DNA of 64,000 bases from Thermoanaerobaculia bacterium (GTDB lineage: Bacteria > Acidobacteriota > Thermoanaerobaculia > Gp7-AA8). Positions 18,545 through 28,679 of this stretch are shown here, piece by piece. The stretch covers positions 42,860 to 106,859 of the forward strand of contig DASXHZ010000029.1 in the NCBI GenBank assembly GCA_036488085.1, given 5' to 3'. The translations under genes were made by a program, and so were the position numbers. Numbering within the stretch: the first letter of the stretch is position 1; each line of letters begins with the position of its first letter. The notes under the pieces are model-generated. The model did no database searches and had not been told where the DNA came from. It worked only from the letters and a program-made list of their open reading frames with translations.

Positions 18545-19541
18545 AGTTCGGCTCCGGGTGCAGCTCGATCCCGAACTTCTCACGCACGCGGGTCTGCACC
18601 AACTCCACGAGTGCGAGGACGTCGCGGGCGGTGGCGCCGCCGCGGTTGACCACCGCCAGGGTGTGCTTTGACGACAAGCCGGCGTTCCCGAGGGTGAACC
18701 CCTTCTCGAATCCGGCGTGCTCGATGAGCCACGCGGCCGAGAGCTTCACCTTCCCATCGCCTGCCGGATAGCTCGGCATCTCTTCGGTCGTGACCGACGG
18801 TTCGACGATCGGGTTCATGAAGAACGATCCGTCGCTTCGCGTGTCGGGATCGTTCCGGTCGAGCACCATACCTTTGCGTTTCCTGATCGCGATCACTGCC
18901 TGGCGGACGGCGCGCAGGTCATCGCCGTCAACCGCCTTCTGCAACTCCGGATAGCGCACGGTCGCGGAGCCGCCCACCTTCAGCCGAAATGTCACCGCGG
19001 TGACCACGTACCGGTCGCGCTCATAGTTCTTGAACAGGCTGGAGCGATATCCGAAGCGGCAATCCCAGTTCGTGAGCGTCTTCACGAGACCATCGCGACG
19101 GTCGAGGACCTCGACGCGCGCGATCGTCTCGCTCACTTCCTGCCCATACGCCCCGACGTTCTGGATCGGCGTCGCTCCGACGCTCCCCGGAATCCCGGAG
19201 AGGCACTCGATCCCCGCCCACCCGCGCAAGACCGCGAATGACACGAAGTCATCCCACACCTCTCCCGCCGCGACGCGGACCATCGCGTACTCGTCCCGGG
19301 CCTGTACCGTCACGCCGCGCAGGTCGACGTGAACGACGAGACCGTCGAATCCGCTGTCCGCGATCAGGAGGTTGCTGCCGCCGCCGAGGATGAAGAGGGG
19401 AAGGGAACGTTCGCGAGCCCAATCGATTGCCTCGCGGAGGGCGTCGATGTCCCTCGCCCGGACGAAGTAGCGCGCCGGCCCGCCGATCCCGATGGTCGTG
19501 AAAGGGGCGAGCGGCACGTGTTGCTCAACGGTGACGGTCAT
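18531..19541 (-). CDS. murB: UDP-N-acetylenolpyruvoylglucosamine reductase
   Basis: FAD-binding L-x-PFTTIGIGGPA ... LGGGSNLL. C-terminal MurB domain. Start chosen at ATG 19541 to avoid a head-on overlap. Confidence 0.9.
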   Translation of the reverse strand: MTVTVEQHVPLAPFTTIGIGGPARYFVRARDIDALREAIDWARERSLPLFILGGGSNLLIADSGFDGLVVHVDLRGVTVQARDEYAMVRVAAGEVWDDFVSFAVLRGWAGIECLSGIPGSVGATPIQNVGAYGQEVSETIARVEVLDRRDGLVKTLTNWDCRFGYRSSLFKNYERDRYVVTAVTFRLKVGGSATVRYPELQKAVDGDDLRAVRQAVIAIRKRKGMVLDRNDPDTRSDGSFFMNPIVEPSVTTEEMPSYPAGDGKVKLSAAWLIEHAGFEKGFTLGNAGLSSKHTLAVVNRGGATARDVLALVELVQTRVREKFGIELHPEPNFIGF

Positions 19542-19569
19542 TCGCGGCGCGCATGTTAACGTTGCCGCC

Positions 19570-20898
<1,329 letters not shown>

Positions 20899-20903
20899 GT
20901 CCG

Positions 20904-21713
20904 CTAGGGCGCCGTCCCCGCGACGGCGAGCTCGTCCCATGCGTCGCCGGTGACGTTGTTGATCGTCGAGCCGTAGGCGGTCCAGCGATTCGACTTCGTG
21001 GCAGCGGGCGTGATGTTGATGATGGAGATAGGGTTGATGCAACACGCGCCGTTCGTGGAAACCTGCGTCATCGTCATCGGCGGCAGCGTAAACGCCGTTC
21101 CGGTCTGCACGGGTGATCCGAGCGGTGGCCCCCATGTGACTCCGAACGTCTGCGCATTCACTGGGTCGAGATTCACGACACCAATGTTCGTGCGGTAGCT
21201 GACCGGATCGTCGGCACCGCCCATCGCAAAGACTCCGGCCGCCGGCGTGTTGATGGTCGCGAGCGGAATGGCAGGCAAATCCTGCGACGTCGTTCCGTTC
21301 GTACCCGGTTGCGGCGTCCAGATACGCGAACTAACGAAAAGGGCGCCGGTCTGATCGATCCCCGTTCCGTCCGAGTTCAGCGCAGCGGTGACGATGATTG
21401 CGCCGAGACCAGTCTGATTCAGATAGTCGCGGACAAAATCGGCGGAACGGATCCCGGTGGAGGCCTTGAGCGTCAGTAGCACCGGCTGTGGCGCTGACAG
21501 ACCGGGCTGCGGCAGCCATTGCAGTTGGACGGTCTGATCGTGATTCGCGAGATTGGCGATCGAGATGTCGGACCGGTAGAACGTCCCGTTCACACCCGGC
21601 GTGCTGCCGGCGGCCGGGATGAGAAGCTGATAACCGGCGCCGAGCGGCTGGACGACGGCGGCCGTCAACGACGTCGCGGCGAGGAGAATTGCAAAAAATG
21701 TGAGTACGCGCAT
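20904..21713 (-). CDS. Secreted protein of unknown function (signal peptide, Gly/Thr/Pro-rich)
   Basis: Signal peptide MRVLTFFAILLAATSLTAA. No recognisable domain. Confidence 0.55.
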   Translation of the reverse strand: MRVLTFFAILLAATSLTAAVVQPLGAGYQLLIPAAGSTPGVNGTFYRSDISIANLANHDQTVQLQWLPQPGLSAPQPVLLTLKASTGIRSADFVRDYLNQTGLGAIIVTAALNSDGTGIDQTGALFVSSRIWTPQPGTNGTTSQDLPAIPLATINTPAAGVFAMGGADDPVSYRTNIGVVNLDPVNAQTFGVTWGPPLGSPVQTGTAFTLPPMTMTQVSTNGACCINPISIINITPAATKSNRWTAYGSTINNVTGDAWDELAVAGTAP

Positions 21714-21748
21714 ACGTCTGACACAAAGCGTACTGCGTGCCACGAAGC

Positions 21749-22267
21749 CTAAAACGAGCGCAACAGGATGCGCTGTTCCCCTTCGTCGGCCACATGCATG
21801 CGGCTGACGCCGGAATTCCAGAAGGCCCAGTCGTGGCTGACGCCGGTGACCATGAGCGACTCGTCGGGGCAGAGCTCGCCGAGGGCGAGGCCGAGGGTCT
21901 GGACGTCAGTCGAGTCCTCGCTGCGTACGACGAATGTCGACTCGAACGGCAGCTCGACGACGACGCCGAGCCGTTCGATTGCTTCGTGCAGTTGCCGGTA
22001 ATCGGCGCCGGGCGTCAGGCTGTGACGGATCAGAAGGAAGTCGCGCGAGGTCGAGAACTGAGTCCGCGCCACGAGCAGCCGGGCATCATGGGCGACGTGC
22101 GAGCGCATCCAGCGGACCAGCAGGGCGGCATGACGAGACTCGTGGAGCCACACCTGCCAGCTTTGATCGAAATTCGGCTCGGCCCCGAGGCGGCGCATCG
22201 CGTGCGAAACGTCGACGGTCAACTCGCCTTCGTAGCAGATCTGGAACAGCTTGATCTCCCCCATCAC
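21749..22267 (-). CDS. Hypothetical cytoplasmic protein
   Basis: 172-aa ORF with coding-like composition. No motif recognised. Confidence 0.45.
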   Translation of the reverse strand: MMGEIKLFQICYEGELTVDVSHAMRRLGAEPNFDQSWQVWLHESRHAALLVRWMRSHVAHDARLLVARTQFSTSRDFLLIRHSLTPGADYRQLHEAIERLGVVVELPFESTFVVRSEDSTDVQTLGLALGELCPDESLMVTGVSHDWAFWNSGVSRMHVADEGEQRILLRSF

Positions 22268-22304
22268 ACCCTCCCAAGGTCAATGCTGTTGGATCAATCG
22301 TAGC

Positions 22305-23600
22305 ATGGCGACGGCGCGCGGCTTCACGAAGAAGAACGTGCTCGACTACTACCGCCGCGCGGCCAGGGTGCTGCTGCCGCACCTGAAGAACGTGCCGCTG
22401 TCGTTCAAGCGCTATCCCGACAGCATCGACGGCGAGTCGTTCTGGGAAAAAGACGCGCCGTCGTTCACGCCGAAGTGGGTGAAGACCCTCGCCGTGTCGC
22501 GCCGCGGCGAGGGAGAAGGCGACATCCACTACATCGTCGTGAATGACGTCAAGACGCTGAGGTGGCTCGTCGAGGTCGGCGGGATCGAGCTGCATCCGTT
22601 TCTGCATCGTGCGCCGAAGCTCGACGTCGCGACGAGCGTGGTCTTCGATCTCGATCCCGGCAGCGGCACGGACATCGATGACTGCTGCGACGTCGCACTG
22701 GTCCTGCGAGACGCCCTCGCGACGCTGAAGCTGAAATCGTTCGCGAAGGTGAGCGGGTCGAAGGGCGTGCAGGTCTACGTCCCGCTCAACACGAACGCCA
22801 CCCATGAAGCGACCGAGGCGTTCGCACGGTTCGTCGCGGACACGCTCGCACGAGCACACCCGAAGGGGATCGTCTCGAAGATGGCGAAGCAACTCCGTAC
22901 GGACCGCGTCTTCATCGACTGGAGCCAGAACGCCGATTACAAGACCACGGTCGCGGTGTACTCGCTCCGCGCCAAGCGCGAGACGCCGTTCGTCTCGATG
23001 CCGCTAGCGTGGAGCGAGGTCAAGAAACACGCGCCCCTCGAGTTCCCACCCGACGCCGCGCTCCGCAGGATCGCGAAGAAGGGCGACCTGTTCGCACCGG
23101 TGTTGAAGCTGAAACAAAAGCTGCCGCGAGGTTTTGGTGTAGCGCCGCCGACTCGGCGGCGTCCAGGCGGCGAGTCGGCGGCGCCACACAGAAGCCTCCC
23201 AAAGGAAGGTTCCCAATCTGGGCGCCGCCTCTTCGTCGTCGTCAAGACCGACCAGGCGGGCGACGAGCTGTGGCTCGACGTCGGCGGCAAGTTCGAGCGG
23301 TGGATCCTCCGGCCGGACCGCGAAGGCGGCTCCAGCCTCATCGCGCGGTTCGCCGGCCAATTCCCTGTCCAGAAGGAGTACTACGCCGGCAAAGTGCCGC
23401 CCGAGTGGCGCAAACGCGTGAAACTCGAAGACGCGGGCGCGTATGAGGTGATCGAGGGGAGCTACGAGCGGCTTCGCCTCGATCTCTGGTTCACCGGGAA
23501 GGTCCTTTTGGGCCAGTGGATTCTCGAAAAGATCAACCCGGAAGAGACGCATCGAAGCTGGCGATTGTCACCCGTCTTGCGTCTACACTCTTCCCGATGA
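22305..23600 (+). CDS. NHEJ-type DNA polymerase/primase, LigD polymerase-domain protein with ~150-aa C-terminal extension
   Basis: LigD-Pol blocks VVFDLDPGSG and SGSKGVQVYVPL. Start MATARGFTKKNVLDYY. C-terminal tail shows weak phosphoesterase-like similarity (see findings). Confidence 0.8.
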   Translation: MATARGFTKKNVLDYYRRAARVLLPHLKNVPLSFKRYPDSIDGESFWEKDAPSFTPKWVKTLAVSRRGEGEGDIHYIVVNDVKTLRWLVEVGGIELHPFLHRAPKLDVATSVVFDLDPGSGTDIDDCCDVALVLRDALATLKLKSFAKVSGSKGVQVYVPLNTNATHEATEAFARFVADTLARAHPKGIVSKMAKQLRTDRVFIDWSQNADYKTTVAVYSLRAKRETPFVSMPLAWSEVKKHAPLEFPPDAALRRIAKKGDLFAPVLKLKQKLPRGFGVAPPTRRRPGGESAAPHRSLPKEGSQSGRRLFVVVKTDQAGDELWLDVGGKFERWILRPDREGGSSLIARFAGQFPVQKEYYAGKVPPEWRKRVKLEDAGAYEVIEGSYERLRLDLWFTGKVLLGQWILEKINPEETHRSWRLSPVLRLHSSR

Positions 23601-25033
23601 GCGACCCCGCCCCCCAGCCCGAGCCGCCGGTGCGCGAGCAGCGCGACACGTGGCTCACGCGCTTCCGTGAGACGCGGCTGATCGTCTGGGGATGGCTGAC
23701 CGACCCCGCGGTGCTCGTCTATCGGCGTGAGGCGACCGGCCGCCACAAGGCGCGCGTCCTCACCGTGGAGTTCTTCCTCTTCGTCCGCGAGGTCGCCCGC
23801 GAGTTCTACGAGATCCAGGGGACGTCGCGCGCCGCGTCACTCGCCTACACGACGCTTCTCTCGCTCATCCCGCTGCTCGTCGCCTTCACCCAGGTCCTCC
23901 GCCGCTACTTCGGAACGCTGTTTCCCGACTTCCAGTCGCAGATCGACAGCGTCCTGAACGTCGTCATACCCTACCAGTCGCCGACGCTCACGTACCACCT
24001 CGCCCGCTTCGCCGAGAACGCGCAGGCCGCCTCGACCCTCGGCGCGATCACGTTCATGGTCATCGCCTTCCGCCTCTTTCTCGCGGTCGAGTCGACCGTG
24101 AATCAGATCTGGAAGGTGCGGAGCGCGCACGGATACCGCCAGAAGATCATGGCGTTCACCATGCTGTTCTTCTGGGGCCCGCTGCTCATGGGCCTCTCGT
24201 TCACGACCACGACGATGCTCGAGCGCAACCGCTACCTGCGCGTGTTGCTCAAGCACGACATCATCTTCGCCATCGCGCCGGTGGTCATCCTCTTCATCGC
24301 GTTCACGATGCTCTTCTGGCTCGTCCCCTCGGCCAAGGTGAAGCTGGAGTCGGCCGCCATCGGAGCGCTCGTCACAACGTCGCTCTTCACCCTCGTCCGC
24401 TGGGCCTTCGGCGTCTACTCCAATCACCTCTTCAGCGGCCGCTTCAACCTGATTTACGGCGCCGTCGGTCTCGCGGTCATCTTCCTGATCGCGATCGAGA
24501 TCATGTGGGTGGTCATCCTCCTCGGCGTCGAGATCAGCTACGTCTTCCAGAACCTCTACGGCGTCCTGCGCGCCACCGAGCAGCGGATCGGCGACGAGCC
24601 GCGCTACGACGTCTACTACGCTCTTCGCGCCCTCATCGAAGTCTGCCGGCGCTTCGACCGCCGCGAAGACATCCCGTCGTCGTACCGCCTCGCCGAGCAG
24701 TTCGGAACGACCGATCCGCAAATGCTGCGCGTGATGCGGAAGCTAGAAGACGCAAAGCTCGTCAAGGTCGTCGGCGGCGACTACCCCGGCTACCTCCCCG
24801 CCTGCGATCCCGACCGCATCACGGTCGAAGAAGTCGTGATGCAGGTGGAGGGCGCGCGGCGCGACATGCCGGAGCTCGAATCCGACAGCGAAGAGCGCCG
24901 CCTCATCCGCGAGCTGATGGACCGCCTCAACGTCTGCCTGACCTCCGCCCTCGACCGCACCACCGTCGGCCAGATCGTCCGGCAGCTTTACTCGCCGCGG
25001 GCGGCGCGGCGGGATGACGCGGCGTCGTCGTGA
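23597..25033 (+). CDS. YihY/BrkB-family inner-membrane protein
   Basis: Conserved YihY core (RAASLAYTTLLSLIPLL ... FLIAIEIMWVVILLGVEISY). Start at MSDPAPQ overlapping the ligD-pol stop. Confidence 0.85.
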   Translation: MSDPAPQPEPPVREQRDTWLTRFRETRLIVWGWLTDPAVLVYRREATGRHKARVLTVEFFLFVREVAREFYEIQGTSRAASLAYTTLLSLIPLLVAFTQVLRRYFGTLFPDFQSQIDSVLNVVIPYQSPTLTYHLARFAENAQAASTLGAITFMVIAFRLFLAVESTVNQIWKVRSAHGYRQKIMAFTMLFFWGPLLMGLSFTTTTMLERNRYLRVLLKHDIIFAIAPVVILFIAFTMLFWLVPSAKVKLESAAIGALVTTSLFTLVRWAFGVYSNHLFSGRFNLIYGAVGLAVIFLIAIEIMWVVILLGVEISYVFQNLYGVLRATEQRIGDEPRYDVYYALRALIEVCRRFDRREDIPSSYRLAEQFGTTDPQMLRVMRKLEDAKLVKVVGGDYPGYLPACDPDRITVEEVVMQVEGARRDMPELESDSEERRLIRELMDRLNVCLTSALDRTTVGQIVRQLYSPRAARRDDAASS

Positions 25034-25043
25034 CGCGTCACGA

Positions 25044-25286
25044 TTACTCGCGTGCGACAGCCGCGGCCAATTCTGTGATGTCCTCGAAGTAGTGCCGATG
25101 CGTTTTTCTCAACGCATCTTCGCTTTCGGCCTGAAGCAAGACGACTTCTCGTTGTATTCCGTCGCGATGCAACTGAAGCTCGCGCTCGAGCCCCGCATTC
25201 TGGGCCAAGAGACGATCACTGTCTGCGTAAGGCCGGATGCTCAAGAGCTCTCCACGTGAGCGATCGTATTCAAGCAAGAAGATCAT
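25044..25286 (-). CDS. Small hypothetical protein (80 aa) overlapping the 3' end of the RelA/SpoT-domain gene; candidate cognate partner
   Basis: ATGA-type overlap region at 25295-25298. Lies in the same low-GC island. No known domain. Confidence 0.45.
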   Translation of the reverse strand: MIFLLEYDRSRGELLSIRPYADSDRLLAQNAGLERELQLHRDGIQREVVLLQAESEDALRKTHRHYFEDITELAAAVARE

Positions 25287-25294
25287 TCGGAACC

Positions 25295-25990
25295 TCAACC
25301 GGGTTTGACCGGCCCGTCAAGCAACAATTGTATGGCTTTCAGAAGCTCATTCCGGCCTGCTCGTAGTCCTTGGGCAATTGCGGCACGGGCTGCGTCAGCT
25401 TGGGCAGGATCCGCCTCCAGTTTTTCGACTTCTTCGATCACTCCAGACGCAACGTCGAGCGCGCGCCTCGTCGATTCCGGACCCCCGCCGTACTTGATTG
25501 CCGGATCGTTCAGGCCGGCGAACTTCTCGCACATTTCAGCCCAAGCATGCTGAAGAGCAGTGCGAATCTGAACTTCGATCGTTTTCCCGCCCTCGCGGAC
25601 GACGAGATGAACTGCTCGGTATCCATGGCTCGGCTTCAGCCGTCGATCCAATACCGTAACGTCATTAAATGCGCGCGCTATTGCTTCGACGGTGCGATCC
25701 TGCTCCCCCATGTCGTCCACAACTGCTCTGCAGCCTGCGATGTCCTGCATCTGCGATAGACGAATCGATTCGCGCTTGAGCTTTTCGGCTATCGAACTGG
25801 TCAGTTTTGAGGGACGCCCTGTGACCGACAAACACGTCACGCGATAGATGCGTTCGACAACCAGGTTGTAGGCCGGTTCGAACGTGAGCTTATATTCATC
25901 AAGAGTTCTCAGGTCAGCCTCATCAAACTCTTGCCGACGCAACCGATCTCCGAGACGGTCGATCTGCGCGTTGCTGAGATGTTTCGCCAC
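25295..25990 (-). CDS. RelA/SpoT-domain protein (small alarmone synthetase-like nucleotidyltransferase; toxSAS-like)
   Basis: Synthetase-domain blocks KLKRESIRLSQMQDIAGCRAVV, GYRAVHLVV, EVQIRTALQHAWAE. 231 aa. No HD hydrolase domain. Locally low GC. Confidence 0.8.
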   Translation of the reverse strand: MAKHLSNAQIDRLGDRLRRQEFDEADLRTLDEYKLTFEPAYNLVVERIYRVTCLSVTGRPSKLTSSIAEKLKRESIRLSQMQDIAGCRAVVDDMGEQDRTVEAIARAFNDVTVLDRRLKPSHGYRAVHLVVREGGKTIEVQIRTALQHAWAEMCEKFAGLNDPAIKYGGGPESTRRALDVASGVIEEVEKLEADPAQADAARAAIAQGLRAGRNELLKAIQLLLDGPVKPG

Positions 25991-26022
25991 GACGGCGAAA
26001 TCTTATCGCGATGATTCGTCTC

Positions 26023-26799
26023 TCAAGTGCGGCGGCGGCCCGCCGCCGCCCCACTGAGCTCCTGACGCCGCTTCCGGATGATGTAGACGCGGCGGAAGGT
26101 CTCGTAGGCGACGGTAGTCATCGTTACCCATAGGAGGCCGGCGGTGACCCCGGCGCCGACGTCGCTGATCCAGTGGACGCCGAGGTAGACGCGAGAGAGG
26201 GCGACGCCGATGACGAGCGTCGTCGCGAGGGCGAGCGCGGCGGCCTTCCAACGCCAGCGGACGTGGGCGCGCAACGCGAGGTACGCGAGCGCACCGAAAA
26301 CGACCGTCGATCCCATCGCGTGGCCGCTTGGGAACGAATAGCCGCTCGCGCGCATGAGCATCTGCGCGACGTCGGGCCGCGCACGCGCGAAGTAGCGCTT
26401 CAGCTCCCAGTCGAGAGCGCCGCCGCCGAGCGACGTGAACCCGAGGTACAACGCCCATCGAAAGCGCTTCCGCACGAGAAAGACGATCAGGACGATGCCG
26501 CCGATCACCGCGACGCCGACCGGCCCGCCGATGGTCGACATCACGTCGAAGAACGATGTCGCACTCGCGAACCGCTTCGCGACCGCCCAGTCATGGACGC
26601 GGGTGTCGATCTTCTGGAGCACGGGACTCTTCGAGTGGACGAGCTCTGCCAGATCGAGGAACTGGTCTCCGGCCCATGCCAAGAGGAGGCCGGCGGCGAC
26701 GAAGATGACGACCACCGGCAGGTAGTCGTGAAATCGCCACCGCGACGCCATCCGGTTCGCGATCACCTTGCCGAACCGGCCGATCGGCGGATGGACCAC
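26023..26799 (-). CDS. PAP2-family phosphatase (membrane)
   Basis: PAP2 motifs KRYFARARP, SFPSGHA, SRVYLGVHWISDV. Confidence 0.85.
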   Translation of the reverse strand: MVHPPIGRFGKVIANRMASRWRFHDYLPVVVIFVAAGLLLAWAGDQFLDLAELVHSKSPVLQKIDTRVHDWAVAKRFASATSFFDVMSTIGGPVGVAVIGGIVLIVFLVRKRFRWALYLGFTSLGGGALDWELKRYFARARPDVAQMLMRASGYSFPSGHAMGSTVVFGALAYLALRAHVRWRWKAAALALATTLVIGVALSRVYLGVHWISDVGAGVTAGLLWVTMTTVAYETFRRVYIIRKRRQELSGAAAGRRRT

Positions 26800-26854
26800 G
26801 CTGAAAACGCCCCAGAGGAGTAGAAAGACAGCGAGGAAGGCGACGTAGAGCAGG

Positions 26855-28657
26855 TTAGAACCCGCCGCTCATGTACTTCCACTGCACGATCTTCTCGTTG
26901 ATCTCGCGCAGGCGTCGGGAAATCATGCGGCAGAGGAGGTTGAGGAACTGCAGCGACGCGTTCGGATCCATCGAGAGGATCTCGTTCAGCGTGGCGCGAT
27001 CGATCGATAGCACCGTGGCGTCGCCCTCGTGCGCCTTGGCGTCGGCGGAGCGCGGCTTGTCGTCGATCAGCGCCATCTCGCCGAAGAAGTCGCCGCGGTC
27101 GAGCACCGCGAGCGCTTCCTCGCCGACGCCGGGGATGAACTTCGAAATGCGGATGCGGCCGTCGAGGACGATGTAGAGCTTCTCGCCCTTCTCCCCCTCG
27201 CGGAACATCATCGACCCCTCGCGGAAGCGCTCTTCGCTGGAGAACGTCGCGAGGAGCTTCATTTCCGCCGCGGAGAGGCCGCGCTCCTTGAAGAGGTCGA
27301 CCTTCTCCTCCGACTTAACGGTGACCTGCGCCATCTCGCGCTTCTTCCCCTCGTCGCGCTTGCGGCCGGCGCCGCGCTTCGCGTCCTCCTGGAAGAAGAG
27401 CTTGAGCTGTTCGTTCGCGTCGCGAACCTTCTCGGCGAGCGACCGCCAGAACGCCCAATGCAGCCCGACGGCGATCTCTTTGTCCTCATCCATCATCTGG
27501 TCGAGGGCGCTGAAGGAGAAGGTGTAGCAGGACGACGACTCCGTCGCGATAGCGTCGCTGGAGCGGTGCGTCCGGTCGATGAAGTTCATCTCCCCGAAGA
27601 TCTGGTCGCCCATCAGCGCGCCGAGGATCTGCGGCCCGAACGGAGTCTCCTTGCGGACCTCGAAACGACCATCGCGGACGACGTAGAAGTCCATCGAACG
27701 GTCATCCTCGCGGAAAACGTAGTCGCTGGAGAGGAACGCGTCGATGTGCGTGAAGCGCGAGAGCCGGAAGATCTGCTCGTCCTTCATGTGCTGGAAGACG
27801 GTGAGCTTCCGGAGCTCGGACGAGACCTGGATGAGGTTCTCGCGCTTCTCGGCGTCGCGCGTGATCTTCTGCGTGATCAGCTTCAGGTCGCGCGAGTCGA
27901 CGCGGAAGAGGCTCTCTTTGCGGCACTCGAGGCGCTCGGTGTGGATCTGCAACTGCTCGACGCGCAGCTTGATCCGCGCGTTGAGCTCCTTCGTCTCGAT
28001 GTTGCTGATGCGCTTGATGGTGTTGATCATCCTGCGCACCGCCTCGGTCGACTCGCCTTTCTGGTCGGTGGCGAGGAGGAACGCGTCGATGAAGTCGTCG
28101 AGCGACTTCTCGAAGTTCTTCAGCTCGAACTCCACGCGGCCCGAGAGCTCCGCGAGACCGCGGTCGAACGGGTTGAGCTGGCGCGACTTCACGATCTCCT
28201 CGTGCGCCGCCGTCCACTCGCCCTGCGAGTAATAGAGGCGGCAGAGGATCTCGTAGACGCGATAGTTGTTGGGCGTCTTCAGCTTCGCGATCTCCAGCAA
28301 TTCGATCGCCTTCGCCGTCTGGTCCTTCGCCATGTGGTACTGCGCGAGGCCGACGTACTGCGAGGCGTCGATCTCATCGCGTGCCCGCTCGGCGGCGACT
28401 TCGAGGCGCACGTCGGCGAACCGCGACTCCTCCGCCTCGCGCTTCTGGTCGCGAACGCGGGCGAGGTTGATGCGGATGGAAACCGAGCCGGGGCGGAGCT
28501 TCTCCGCCATTTCGTAGAGGTGGATCGCCTCGTCGAACATCGACTGGTCGGCGTACCGCCGCGCGAGCGCAAGGATGTCATCGGCATCGATCGCGATCGA
28601 TGCCTCGGGCGTCAGCGTGCGAAACCGCGCACGCGAACCCACCGGCTGCTCGGCCAT
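26855..28657 (-). CDS. TPR-repeat protein with two cyclic-nucleotide-binding (cNMP) domains
   Basis: N-terminal TPR-like helices. Two copies of the cNMP-binding pattern (GDQIFGEMNFID ... and GDFFGEMALIDDKPRSADAKA). Confidence 0.8.
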   Translation of the reverse strand: MAEQPVGSRARFRTLTPEASIAIDADDILALARRYADQSMFDEAIHLYEMAEKLRPGSVSIRINLARVRDQKREAEESRFADVRLEVAAERARDEIDASQYVGLAQYHMAKDQTAKAIELLEIAKLKTPNNYRVYEILCRLYYSQGEWTAAHEEIVKSRQLNPFDRGLAELSGRVEFELKNFEKSLDDFIDAFLLATDQKGESTEAVRRMINTIKRISNIETKELNARIKLRVEQLQIHTERLECRKESLFRVDSRDLKLITQKITRDAEKRENLIQVSSELRKLTVFQHMKDEQIFRLSRFTHIDAFLSSDYVFREDDRSMDFYVVRDGRFEVRKETPFGPQILGALMGDQIFGEMNFIDRTHRSSDAIATESSSCYTFSFSALDQMMDEDKEIAVGLHWAFWRSLAEKVRDANEQLKLFFQEDAKRGAGRKRDEGKKREMAQVTVKSEEKVDLFKERGLSAAEMKLLATFSSEERFREGSMMFREGEKGEKLYIVLDGRIRISKFIPGVGEEALAVLDRGDFFGEMALIDDKPRSADAKAHEGDATVLSIDRATLNEILSMDPNASLQFLNLLCRMISRRLREINEKIVQWKYMSGGF

Positions 28658-28679
28658 AGAGCCCGATATTATCTCGACA

